A stretch of DNA of 64,000 nucleotides from Callorhinchus milii (taxonomy: Eukaryota), in contig NW_024704742.1 in NCBI RefSeq assembly GCF_018977255.1, positions 20,152,001 to 20,216,000 of the forward strand, in the 5' to 3' direction. The notes under the pieces are model-generated. The model was given only the letters and a program-made list of their open reading frames with translations. It had not been told where the DNA came from and searched no databases. Positions 24,695 to 37,225 of this stretch are shown here, piece by piece; the first letter of the stretch is position 1; every line of letters begins with the position of its first letter. The position numbers were made by a program, and so were the translations under genes.

Positions 24695-25012
24695 ATTGCA
24701 GTGGGGCGGGTATATTGTGGAAGGTGCCATCCTTCGTATGAGACATTAAACCAAAGATCTGACTGCCTGTTCATGTGGACATTGAAGATCCCAAGGCACT
24801 ATTCGAAAAGAGAAAGGAGTTTTATTGAATGAGTCATGGCAACTAACCCCCAGACAAAATTGGTCATAAACTTGATAGTTGTTTATGGGACATTGCTGTA
24901 CATCAATTTGTCTACAAAGTCACTACACTTTACAATAAATCATGTGCAGTGCTTTGAGACGCCCTCTCAACATAAAAGGCACTATATCAAATACAACAAT
25001 CATTATTATTAT
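24695..25012 (+). mobile_element. Deu-domain SINE, 5'-truncated
   Basis: GGTGCCATCCTTCGTATGAGACATTAAACC...GAAGATCCCAAGGCACTATTCGAAAAGAG plus the shared SINE 3' end. Confidence 0.75.
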
Positions 25013-25174
25013 AAAAATCATATTCAATTCAACTGTGATAGGTGAAATCATTGTTTGAATTGAGATAGGTGCACTTGGAGGTCAGAGCAGGGGTTGAAAA
25101 TCCAGATTTAGTATGTCGAAATGTGAAGAGTTTTTGATTTTGACTTTAAAAATGGTGGTGTTTTATTAAGTGGC

Positions 25175-25595
25175 TTGCATTTCATCTAGTGCCCTATCAC
25201 ATTGTTGTGGTATCTCCAAGGCTTCACTGGAATTATTGCGAAATGTAGTGACTGGATTTTATAAGTGAACACAGCAGCCAATCTGCACACAGCACTGTCC
25301 AACAAACAGCCATAATGATCAATTTCCCAGTTTTAAATGGGGCGGATTTTTGGTCAAGACATCGGAAGAAAGTACCCTTTCTTTCTTTTTTCAAATAGTG
25401 CCATGGGTTCTTTAATGTCCACCTGAACAGGCAAAAAGGATCTCAGTTAATGAGATCTCTCCTCTAACAATGCAGCACATCTCAGCAACTACACTGGAGT
25501 GTCAGCCTTGGCCTTGAGCTCAAAGCTACGACTTGGTGCTTCAAGCCACAAACTTTTAGCTCAGAGATGAGAGTGCTACCAACTGAGCCAGGCTG
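25175..25595 (-). mobile_element. Deu-domain SINE, near full-length
   Basis: Head CAGCCTGGCTCAGTTGGTAGCACTCTC and core TTAAAGAACCCATGGCACTATTTG on the minus strand. Confidence 0.75.
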
Positions 25596-25983
25596 ACGCA
25601 GGAAAGTACCTCCAGCTGGTACATTTGTGTCGTTCTTACAACATCGTGTTCACATAAAGTCTACTAACATTTTATTTTTTATATTATAGAAAAGTTTTTA
25701 GGCTTAACTGATAATCAATAGAATTTTTCATGATGATAAGGGATATCAGTGTGACAGAGAATGATGGTAGATGTCTAAAGCAATTTGGTAGCTATATTGA
25801 GGACAAGACAAGTAAGTAAGTAACTTCAAATGTTGGATTGGAAGACTGAGTTTCTATCATAATATCTTTTGCTGGAAAATACACTGAATGGATCAAGCTG
25901 ACATTCTTCTTTGAAACTCGTGACTGAAAGATGATGAATTAGGACTGAGATGACCACTGACACAGTGTCAAAGTTAATAGATG

Positions 25984-26255
25984 TGTCAGGAATGAAATAA
26001 TACCGTGACTTGCATGATCACCAGGACCAGTGGGCATTGAATGCACAGAGACAGACTTGGTTTACGAATCATGCAGTTTATTAACATGGGGCAAATCTTA
26101 ATCTGAATCGTATGGCTGTGAAAGAGACAGACATGACTCACTACCTCTTGCGCATGGAAGGGTGCAGACACCTGGGTTTGGTGTCCAGAATCCTGCAATT
26201 CCTCTTATGCTCTCTCTCGTTCAAGGTTCCCACTCTGCTCAAATAGTAACTGACA
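25984..26255 (-). mobile_element. Candidate small solo LTR
   Basis: Ends TGTCAG...CTGACA, minus-strand AATAAA at 26077-26082. Only ATG is shared between the flanks. Confidence 0.4.
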
Positions 26256-26291
26256 ATGATGCTCAAATACAATAGCCATCTACATTCACGT

Positions 26292-26408
26292 GACCCCTAC
26301 TCCCCCCCCCCCGCTTTCAGGTCCTGATCCCCAACTATTCAGGGCCTTGGGATGTCCTTCCAACATGAAAGGTGCTTTACAAATGTAACGTTGTTGTTGT
26401 TGCTGTTG
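26292..26408 (+). mobile_element. L2 3' tail
   Basis: TTGGGATGTCCTTCCAACATGAAAGGTGC...(TTG)n. Confidence 0.7.
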
Positions 26409-26976
26409 AAGGATGATGACAACAGCCTTGAACTTGCCAAACAGCTTGTCCTCAGGCTTCTTTTTTTTCTCCTTTCTGTCCTGGAGTTTGAGAAGCTGGA
26501 GTGGATCCTTTATGCTGCACAGGCTATACCCCTCATTCTCAGGTACACTACTTGCCCTCACCTTAGCACACTTCCACACTGACAGTTACAAAGTCTGCTA
26601 TAGCACCCGAGAGACTCAAAGCTTTATGAAGTGTGTGTGTGTGGGTATATCTACTGAGGGGAACATAACCTGTGTTGGCTCTCTGAAAGAACAAAGCATT
26701 GTCGTGCCTTTTTCCCATACCTTTTTACATTTCTGCTTTTCAGGCACATACCTCCCTTAGCTCCCTCTTAAAAGCTAATATGGATTCTGCCTCAACCTCA
26801 ACTAAGTCTCCTCTCCTATCCCTTTGTGATATGAGTTTTCTTTGGTCTGATCAAATGCAAACAGCATCATATTTTCTTTATCGTGATTTCAGTTCAGAAT
26901 TGTTCAGCCTCATTTTTTTTCCCCCAGGATTTTATTAAATATCCTCGTTCTTTGAAATATCACTCAGAGGGCATCT

Positions 26977-27095
26977 CATAGAAATTTACAGCAGAGTAGA
27001 AGGCTATTCGGCCCATTGTGTCCGTGTCAGCTCCCTCAAAGATAACGCTTTCAGTCCCACTTACCAGCCCTTTTTCCAAACCCCTGTGGTCTTCA
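26977..27095 (-). mobile_element. CR1 3' end
   Basis: TCATAGAAATTTACAGCAGAGTAGAAGGCTATTCGGCCCATTGTG matches the other CR1 tails. Confidence 0.7.
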
Positions 27096-27135
27096 GTGTA
27101 AGTGGAATTCAAAGTAATTTAATTTGGAGACTGTT

Positions 27136-27609
27136 ATAATAATAATAATAATAATAATCCTTGCATTTGATATAGCGCTTTTCATGTCTTCTAGACGTCT
27201 CAAAGTGCTTCACAGAATATGCTGTAAAGTGAATTGACTATATTTGTGGGCGAAATGCGGCGCACAGCAGTGTCCCACACACAGTCATGGATTGAGTGAC
27301 CAAACTATAATTATTTTGAAGGGATTATTATCCCCGGAAAGCGATCCGCCAATCGACTAACAAGTGAGTTCCTACTTACTACTAGATAAACAGAGGCGTG
27401 CGAGCAGCCCATGCTTACTTAGGTTCTGCGATGAGTCAGACAGTCATAGATTGAAAATGACCAATTTATTATTGTTTTTGGTTTTGGAGGGTTTATTATT
27501 AGGCGTGTGGAGTAAGGAAACTTGCCCAAGGTTTCGCCCTCTGCCTGGAATTGAACTCAGGTCTCTCGCTTGCAAAGCGAGTGCTCTAACCACTGAGCTA
27601 CAGGACTCC
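27136..27609 (-). mobile_element. Composite SINE: young-type 5' half plus old-type 3' part
   Basis: 27440-27609 is a young head and body. 27136-27396 has the old central block and the (ATT)n tail. Confidence 0.8.
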
Positions 27610-29243
27610 ACGAGTGCCATGCCATGCATATTAAGAACTTTCAGTCTGATTTGAACACTCTTAAACATGTTGATGGGTTTCCAAATGCGTTCGACATCCG
27701 GTTGATCAAAAACAAAATGACAGTTAGTATAGCACAGTGCCATTCTTTGTGTGTGTTTTTTCCAATCATAAATTCTACAATGATAGCTTACAGCAGAAGT
27801 AAAGCAGCCTTTTGTGATTTGTTCAGAATACTTGAGCAAAAAAAAATGGGCGTAGACTTATTTGATTTATCACGTTACAAGGCTGAAATTTAGGTGGCAT
27901 AAACTAAGGATGAACACAATTTCCAGACTGCTCTAAACTTGTCCCTTCCGACTGCTTTATTAGTTTGCATTTGACTGAATTTGCATTCAAATGTATTCTT
28001 CGCCACAGTTTTACAGCTTGAAGGTTAGATAGCAATGCAGACAAGTAAAAACTTTAGCCAACTTGTACATTTTGATGGTGTTTATACTCTACATGAGTCT
28101 CCACCCATTCTTTTCTCCCTCCTATAGCTTTCTATTTCCTTCTCCCTCATGTGTACATCTAGTCTAGCTTTCTCTTTGTGTATTTGTAGGTTCAGTGTGC
28201 AACAGTGTAACATGTGTGTCTAATCCACATAACATTCTTGGTGGTTTAATGAGTTGTATGGGGTGAGGTGGGGGAGGGGGAGATGGTATTTCTAAACCCA
28301 GCTTAATGGCGTAATTGATCCATACATGTTCAGCTGCACTTAACTAATGAACATGAGTATTTTGGCTTATGTTCGAATTCCCCATTCGCAAAAACCCACC
28401 TCAATGTCCCCAATCGTAACATAATTCAGCTTTGCTGAGGAATTTGAAATCACTGCCAGTTACTTATATTAATTGATAAAAGTGGTTCAAATCCATTTTG
28501 TTCACATGGAAAATGCAATCAAATGCATAACAATATGATGCTTCCCTTCTGACTATTTTGAACCAGATCCAATAGTTCCATGGAGGCAAACTAAGATAAC
28601 ATAACTCTGGCACTCATGCCATGGTATGTCTGTGTTTTACTAAACTGTGGTATAACTGCTGAGTACGTTTAGCATTGGTGTCTGCTGCAGGTGCAGAATT
28701 TAAGTACTTGGTTTGAGCACAACTGGCTTCAGATATGGCAAAAAGAAAAGAAAGCTAGAAGCATAACATTATTTGATCGCACACTATTGTAATCTTTATC
28801 TATTTTCTCTTTGTGTTCCACTATCAAGGTATTGCAGCCACATTAGGTTTTCCTATGCATCTGTTCAGTGCAAAAATTTTTTGCATTTACGTGACAGGCA
28901 AGGGATGGTAGGCAATGAAAATAAGCAGTTTAAATCAGCAAATGTGTCAGTAATGGTTGGACTTGAGAGGACAAATTCAACAATACAACGCAATCAGCAG
29001 TGATTAATACAAAATCTTCTTGTTTTCAAACAGCTCAGTTTGTTAGCACTGCTGTTGTTATTTCATCTCCGGCACCTGTTTCAGTAAGATAGCTCTCTGC
29101 TCTGTGCTAGCAGTTAAGACCACTAAACAAAATCAATTCAAACAGTCTTAGCTCAGACCCAGGAATCTCCATGGCATAAAACGTCTCCGAAATTTTTCAG
29201 TCAGTGGCTTAATATAACAACCCCATTCAGAAACACTTCAGTG

Positions 29244-29610
29244 ATAATAATCCTCGCATTTGGTGTAGTGCCTTATAGCGTCGGAAGGACATCTCAAAGC
29301 ACTTCACAGGATTTACATAGGACTGTGTATTCGTACTCAAATACGGCAGCACAACTGAGCACAGCAATGGCCCACTAACAACCATGGAGGGAGTGACCAA
29401 TTTTATTTGGGGGATTGTTGCCCAGGAGACAGGGAAAAACTTCCCTCTCTTTTCAAATAGGGCAAAGGGATCTTTAATGTCCATCTGAACAGGCAGGCGG
29501 GACCACATTTTAACGTCTCATCTGAAGGATGGCGTCTCCAACAATGCAACACACACCCAGTGTTGCATTGGAGCGTCGGTTTAGACAATGTGAGTTCAAG
29601 TCCTGACGTC
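29244..29610 (-). mobile_element. Deu-domain SINE
   Basis: Minus strand CCATCCTTCAGATGAGACGTTAAAATGTGGTCC...ATTAAAGATCCC. Confidence 0.75.
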
Positions 29611-30839
29611 ACGTTTGAACAGTAGAGAACAGTAAAAATGGAACAGTAAAAATAAATATCAGACACATACACACATACATACACAGGTACAAATTATAGT
29701 TTCTTACTGCATAGAATCACTCACTTGTTTACAAAGAGAAGTTTATAATGTTTGTGGCACAGTTGGGACACAACTGTTTTTGAGACATTACATGAATTCT
29801 GTGTCACATTCATTTGCAAATGCATAGTGACTACACTTTATGGTATATCCTGTGAAGCACTTTTAGACATCCATCCCACTCCCTGGACATGAACAACAAC
29901 AACTTGAACTTATATCGCGTCCTCCGCACAGGGTAGCGTCTCAGAGAGCTTAACAGTGGTGGAGCCTGACTGTAAGTTCACATGAAAGCATGAAAGGTGC
30001 TGCAACAATTGTGAGTATTATTTTTGGGGGTATTTGTTTATTCATTCATAATTAAGTGACAAACAAATGCTCAACTTTATGCTATCAGCCGCCCAAAGAA
30101 ATCCTTCAGCATGCATACGTGTGAGGTCGCAAGGCTGGCAACTTCTCCATGCTGCACAGATTAGTATGTTCTAATACAATACGCTCTCCTGGGTTTGGTT
30201 TGTACACTTTCTTGAGGCTGTGCAAGAAGCAGCTCAACGCTGTGGCTTTGGCGATCCATGTTTTACGTTGCTGCAACAATGCATTTTGTCCTGATGTGAA
30301 TATTATCAGTAGTAAACTTGTCCAAAATTGTGACCTAGTAACCTCACTCACATGTGGGAGGCTGAAAAAAAATTACTCCACATCGGGGCTCGATTCAAAT
30401 AAGCCAGTATTGATAATTGTCATATGAATATGCATCATTTCACTGTTTAAAGTAATTTTAGTGCTCCCTGCAAACTTTCACTATGAACTGTACTTACTGC
30501 AAACACGTTAACCTATTTCATTTGCCACTTGTAACTGACTACAGACATTGCTCTGCCTGAAATGCAAGCTTGCAGCTGATCAGCAATAGAGAGATATATC
30601 AAAATGTGCTACCAATATAAAGCTGTTGGAACATCAATACTAGCTTTATGACTGTAAATTTTAACCTTAAACAAATAAAAGAAATATTAATACCACAGTT
30701 TTAATTTTTTTAAAAATTTAAACATTTCATCTCTGCTCCCCAAGTTGTCCTATTCTCCTCCTGCTCTCGCCACATCTGATTCTCTGTTTTATTTTTATCG
30801 TTTTAAATTTTGAAACAATTTATAGCTAGACAGACAACA

Positions 30840-31065
30840 CTTAAAGATCCCATGGCACTACTCAAAAACAGAAGACAGTTTCTCCCGGTATCCTGAGAAA
30901 CAATCCCTCAGATAAAATTGGTCATTCACTTCACGGCTGTGAGTAAATTGGCTGTTCTGTTTGCCCACAAATACGCAATCACTACACTTTACAGTAAATC
31001 CTGGGAAGCGCTTTGAGCTATTTCAACAACGTGATAAGGCGCCTGCACATCAACTGCAAGGATTT
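30840..31065 (+). mobile_element. Deu-domain SINE 3' part
   Basis: TTAAAGATCCCATGGCACTAC...GATAAAATTGGTCATTCAC...GCAAGGATT. Confidence 0.7.
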
Positions 31066-31611
31066 TTAAAAATATCACTGTAAAGGGAGTAACTTGATGA
31101 TCTGCCCAATGGCGCAACATATTGGTCTCCACAAAATAGTGCATCAGTCAGGCTATCAGAATGTAGTCTCTCAAGCACTATTTTGAAAGCCTCTCGCTGG
31201 CTTGGGTATGGCTGAATTACAAATTAAAGAATATACAGTAAAGCATACACATGATATTGCTTGCCAAGTGCTTGTCAGTGTTAAGCATCTCTTTCAATGG
31301 ACGCCTATTTAAAGAATATCAGTGATTAAGCTAGTCAATAAGACTAATTGATTTTTACCAGATGTCCATCTCCCATCACAATATGGTTCTATGGCTCCCT
31401 GCTTCTCATGACCTTCTATCTGTCAATGGGAGCAAGAAGCAGTTGCAGGATATTATTGAACATTTGAACTTGCTCAGTGAAAACAATTAAATGCTTCATT
31501 GAAAATGTTTTAATTAGAATTTATATCTTTCTTTAACCTTTTGCCTTTATCTACATTTGTATAGAATTTAGATTTCAGGATGAACCAGAAATTGAACTGC
31601 AAAGTAATACA

Positions 31612-31920
31612 ATAACAGCAATTTACATTTATGTAGCACCTTTAAAGTGGGGATGATGTCTTAAAGTACTTCACATAGCTGACTGGGAGCCTGAGATGGG
31701 GGTGGGGCGAGCTGAGGAGGGAGTGGATGGAGGAAAGGGTGTAAAAAGTGGGGTCGAAAAGAAAGATCTTCAGGCAGGTTTTGAAGAGCTTTAATACTCA
31801 CTTGAATTTACCTGTTTCATGTTAATTGAAAGTCTGAAACACTAACTGTCCAGCGTCTTGGGACATCTTCCCAACGTGAAAGGCGCTATACAAATGTAAT
31901 TTTGTTGTTGTTGTTGTTGT
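31612..31920. mobile_element. Two divergently oriented L2 3' ends
   Basis: Minus copy at 31612-31788 and plus tail at 31845-31920 ending in (TTG)n. Confidence 0.65.
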
Positions 31921-33414
31921 AATTGCTCCAGTGCCAAAACTTGGCCTATTTGAATCGCTTCTGATTTAGATGCCATTTTCCATTCCCGGAGGTTTGATGA
32001 GGGTAGAAGAAGGTTTCACTGCTTTGAGGGTACCTGCAGCCAATACATAATCTTTGTACCTGAATGCAACTGGTTAATTTTATTCTTCTTCCTTCCAAAC
32101 ATTACCTTTGGAAAAACATTTGTTTTGATTATTGCCATGGGATCTTCAGTTTACAACTGAACATATCCCTGGTCCTAGGCCACTAATCGATAGAGAAGGG
32201 AGTTCCTCCTGATGCCCTTGGCAACAACCTTCCAGATAAATTGGCTCTGCCTCTTTGTGGGACATTACTGTGTGCAAAATGGCTGCTATGTTTGCCTACG
32301 ACTACAGTATCTGTGAAGCTCCTTAAGATGTTTCAACATTATATAAAGTAATATAATAATCATTGCATTTGATATAGCACCTTTTCACATCACTGAGACG
32401 TTTCAAAGCATTCCACAGAATGTATTGTAAAGTGATGTGATTGTGTGTATTTTGAGCAAACAAAACAGCCGAAATGCAAGTACTGTAGTATTATTTAATT
32501 GGTCATAGCATTTCATTTCTCCAAAGCTATAAAGTGATCTTTTCTACATAAAGTATTAGAAAAAGATTTGTTTCCTCATTGCTCAATTTGTCTACCTGTG
32601 GCCAGAGAAGACTCTGCTTGATCATCCAGGCTGTCATTGAGCTTTTCATTCTGTGCTTCCAAAAAACAGCTGTCAAATTGATTTTGATTGCATTTCCGTC
32701 CCGATCAACTGGTGGATTTCTTTAATGTAGCATCTTCACGATGGAACATGCCATGCAATGCTTTGCCTCAAGTGGCTATTGAAGCTAAGACTGTAACAAC
32801 CTTTAAAAGGGAACTGCAGTGGGGGAGAGGGGTGAATTTTGCATTACACGTGATATTTACCACAACACTGATTTCAATGGTTAAGTCACAGAATCTGGGT
32901 CTGCAAGGTTGAATTTGAAAGTCTGTTAGTGGCATCCCAGCATTTTGAGTTTTGTTCACTAAATTGCTAACTGCAGATGAAGGCTGCAATCTGTGAATTG
33001 GAAGTCCAATACCATGGACCTCACCATTGAGAACAGCTTCACTGTTCAATGTGATAAATATTATACAGTCTAAAAATGTTACCTTAATATTTGAAGAGAA
33101 ACAATGGAAATGCAAGAAACTTAATAATACTACCAATAATCCTTGCATTTGATAGAGAGTCAGTGGAGGAAGCAGTTTCACTATAAGTTCAAAAAACTAA
33201 ATGACATTCTTTGTGCTGTAATTTCAATGCTAAAATATGACAGCCTTGCTTATGGTGATTTAATCCTTTTTGAAGGTCATTCTGAAAAAAAACACTGCAG
33301 CTGGAATAAGAAACTTTTCTAATCACTCTTGTTAACATTATTTTGGGGGGCTGGCAAACAAAGCTGCAAGAACAGAAACCCACTTGCCAACTAAGTTGCC
33401 CAAATGAGCTAAAA

Positions 33415-33607
33415 TAAACAAATAAATAAATAATTTGGTTACTCAATCCACGCCTGTTAATGGGACACTTGTGTTTGGAATTTGCTGCATGTTTCACCCG
33501 CACAAATTACAGTCAATTCGCTTTACAGTATATTGTGTGAAGCGCTTTGAGATGTCTCGAAGACGTGATTAGGCGCTAAATCAAATGCAAGGCTTATTAT
33601 TATTATT
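33415..33607 (+). mobile_element. SINE 3' half
   Basis: CTCAATCCACG...GATGTCTCGAAGACGTGA...CAAATGCAAGGC(TTA)n. Confidence 0.75.
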
Positions 33608-34459
33608 AACTTTCCCACATGACACAAGCCATGTTTCATCATTACATTCATCTTCTATCCAAATTCTTCAGTGTTGCCTTTTGCAGGTTGGTAAATGCAA
33701 ACTCCACTGGGCAGAGGCTTGGTTGCAGCAAGGACGTGTAAGTGTTCTCATTCCAAACAGGTGACAAACCATTTATCTCCTGATCGCAGGATGCTTCTTT
33801 TTTTAAGAGTTGTGAAAAACTTGTACAGTTTAGTATACCACTCAAGGAAGCAAATTTCATCACAGTTGAGATTTGTTTGTGAATGACAGAGCATAATATA
33901 TACTGGCACGCTGTGCTCATTATACGATTCAGTAAGTAAGTTTTAAATAGAAACAATGGTGATATTTAAATTTAATATAGCACAAGCAATGAATGATTGT
34001 ATATAGCTGGGCAATTCACCATACAAGGTTACAGGTTACATGGAGGAAATCCTCTCTATAATGTAATCTTTGAGAGCTATACAGACTGCATACTTGAGCA
34101 AGAGTTTGTAATTGAGAGGAGCTTTTATGTGTTTTCTTTTATTAACAATTGGCATTATGAATAATTTGTGTTACATGTTCAAGTTCACAGTAAGTCAAGC
34201 ATGCTACAGAATGGGCTGTGGCATTATTTCATTTAAATGGCAGAGTAAACTAACATCAAATAAAAAAATTGTGATGAAATTTAAGATGTTCTTAGCAAGC
34301 AGAGAGATTTTTGTCAGGATCAACTTGCATTTGGCCAATAAGGTTGGGTGAATTGTAAATGAGGGGAAACAATGTGAACTTGTGCATATACAAATGGAAA
34401 TTAAATATGAGCAGCAAATATAACATGAAGCGAAAAATCTCAGTTGGGTGAAATCTCAC

Positions 34460-34635
34460 ATGAACAGGCAGACAGGACCTTGGTTTATTATTGAACCTCT
34501 GACAATATAGTGCTCCACTGCCACTGCCCTGGAGTGTCAACCTAGACTAACCTAACTAGTCTAAGCCTGATGTGGGATTTGAACCTATAACCTTTTGACT
34601 CAGAGGTGAGTGTGTTGTCGACTGAACCAGACTCA
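34460..34635 (-). mobile_element. Deu-domain SINE 5' part
   Basis: Minus-strand head CTCTGAGTCAAAAGGTTATAGGTTCAAATCCCAC. Confidence 0.6.
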
Positions 34636-35414
34636 CATCTGGCAAAGCCAGAGAGATCCACAGTAATCCAAAGCTTTTTTGTCAATGATTGGCGAGCTTG
34701 TTTGACTTATAAAGGAAACTTGGTAATGTAGAGATGTCTTGTGATCTAATGGGTAAGGTGGTCCTAGCTGGTAAGTACTATACCATTACCCAAAATATAC
34801 CACTTCTTGGTTACTAAGCTTCTAATGTGCATTGATTGTGGCTTGAGACCTAGCCATCATATTTATTTTAATAAATCGTTGACCTGACTGAAGCTCATTA
34901 GCTTGCACCGAAAAATAAGTCAACTTTTGATTTAGAGAGAAAAAAAGAATTATATCTGCTCTTTTCTCAGACATACTTGAACATTTACAATTGCAATTAA
35001 TGACAAACACAACCTTTCCTGTAACTCTGAGTTTGATAGCTGCTCCCAGTTTCTGTGCTATGGGCTATTTTCAGTTTTCGATTGAAGACTTACGCTGGTT
35101 TTTTTTTATCCAATCCTTTGTTAAATGCAATAGGCCAGCAAGCTGTTAACTGTTTTATCTACCAATTCACACAGAAGCAAAATGTGAAATGTTCTTGAAC
35201 TCTGTGCAGATTGTTTTTCAAATGAAGATGCCAATTTTCTTTTAAAATATAAAACCTTAAAAGAATTCAGAAGAAAAGAATTCTCCAGCTCTAAATGAGT
35301 TAGATTTTGCCAGAATTGGGTTTTTGAAATGATGGCACTGAGCCTGTAATCATAGCAATACCTTTCCAAAATTGCACACTTGTTTTTTGCTGTGCCCCTT
35401 TGTTCTAAACAGCT

Positions 35415-35757
35415 TGGAGATCCATAACGTATTGGTTAGCACGCTTGTCTCGCAAAGCGAATGGTTCGATTCCCATGCGGGGTGAAACTTTAGGCAGATT
35501 CTTTTAATCCTCTATTTACCTAGCAGTAAGTCAGAACATGGCTGTCAGTTGATTGTCGGATAGCTTTTTGGGGGTAATAACCTCTGCAGTCACTCAATCT
35601 ACGACTGTGTGTGGGACAACACTGTGCACAATTGGTTGCCGTGATTCACCCACAAAATCACAGTCAATTCACTTTGCAATATATTCTGTGAAGTGTTTTG
35701 AGATGTCTCAATGAATGATAAGGTGCTATATCAAATATAAGGATTATTATTATTATC
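35415..35757 (+). mobile_element. Older long tRNA-derived SINE
   Basis: Head GGTTAGCACGCTTGTCTCGCAAAGCG, central block CTATTTACCTAGCAGTAAG, (ATT)n tail. Confidence 0.8.
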
Positions 35758-37030
35758 TTACATGAGAGAATGCAGGTTGAAAAAAGTAGGAGAGCAGCTG
35801 CTGAAAGCAAAAGCAAGCAAGGACTGGAAGCTGCAATTACTCAGGAATTATGTGAAGTGAAACAGTGAAAAGCAATCACCTGCAGAAACCATTAGAACAT
35901 GTCTCCAGATGATTCAAATTCACCCATTAAATGTCTAGAAATACTTAAAAGAACAAGGTTAACTGGATTCATCTCCACTTCACTGCATGCAGATTCCAGA
36001 TGTCAGCCCTTTAGAGCAGCTTACAATTCCAAACTTCAGTATAGATTTATTCCTATCCGAGAATCAATACGTTGTTTGGAGGTGCTGCCCTGCCCTTAAT
36101 GTCCAATTTGATTCCGACAGAAGTGGTTTGAATTGATTACAATGAATTCATTTGTTTAATGGTATGAAATAAACAAGTTGGATGTTTATAGCGTCTTATC
36201 ACGTTGAAACATTTCAGAGCGCTTTATTGTAATTGCTGTCAAGTGTAGTGACTGCTTCTGCAGCATTTGGGGGATATGCTGGTGAGAACATCATTTGCTT
36301 TCTTTTCAAATTGTGTCATGGAATGTTTAATGCCATCTGAAAAAACACAGTAATGTTGCTTGCTTTAAAATCTCATTCAAAGAATGGCATCTCGACGAAT
36401 AAAGTGCTTGCCCAACACTGCACTGCAATGTCAGCATTGATTACAAATTCATGTTACAATGTGAGACATGAACCCATAATCACTTCTGAATAAGTAGTTG
36501 GAAAGTGTCTCAAAGCAGTTCAAAGAGATGGAGTGTAAATCTAAGCAAAAAAAAACGGGGTAGGAAGAAGGCAACTGAAAACACTAATGAAGAGATATGA
36601 TCTTGGAAAAGATTTGAAAGCAGGATGGTGGGACTTTGGGAAGGAATTCCAAAGAGGTTTTTGTTTATGGTGGGATAGAGGGGATAAGTGTAGTAGAACT
36701 TGCAGTAGACCTGAGCTTGTAGAGCAAGAGAGGAGAGGGAGAAATGGGTTGGAATAGATTACAGAGATATCATCAGGTGGTGCAACCGATTGATTCAGAG
36801 TTGAGAGTGAACCAGGCTAAAAGCATTTAACAGCTAAATTGAAGCATTAACCAAACTTTAGGACGACAATCACATATCACATCCACTGTCATTAAGACTT
36901 TAGTGAGTTGTGGAGAGAATGTAGAGCTCAAACTGCTGAAAAACCTTAGATGTTGTCTGCTTTTTACACAGATCCTGCTTTATTGTAGTGTTTTACAATG
37001 GTATCTAGTCTGTTCAGTAGAGGTGTATGC

Positions 37031-37225
37031 AACAACAACAACTTGCACTTATATAGCGTCCTCCACACAGGGTAGCGTCTCAGAGAGCGCTTAACAGTGG
37101 CGGAGCCTGACTCCAAGTTGGGGGGAGTGGGGAGTTGGCTGTAAGCACGGTCGAAGAGGAATGTTTTCAGGTGGGACTTGAAAGAGGGGGCGAGGCGGAG
37201 GGATTGAGGGAGAATGTTCCAGAGT
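37031..37225 (-). mobile_element. L2 family-B 3' end
   Basis: Minus strand GAGACGCTACCCTGTGTGGAGGACGCTATATAAGTGCAAG(TTG)n. Same tail at 29892-29972, 37722-37798, 47300-47370 and 63408-63480. Confidence 0.8.
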
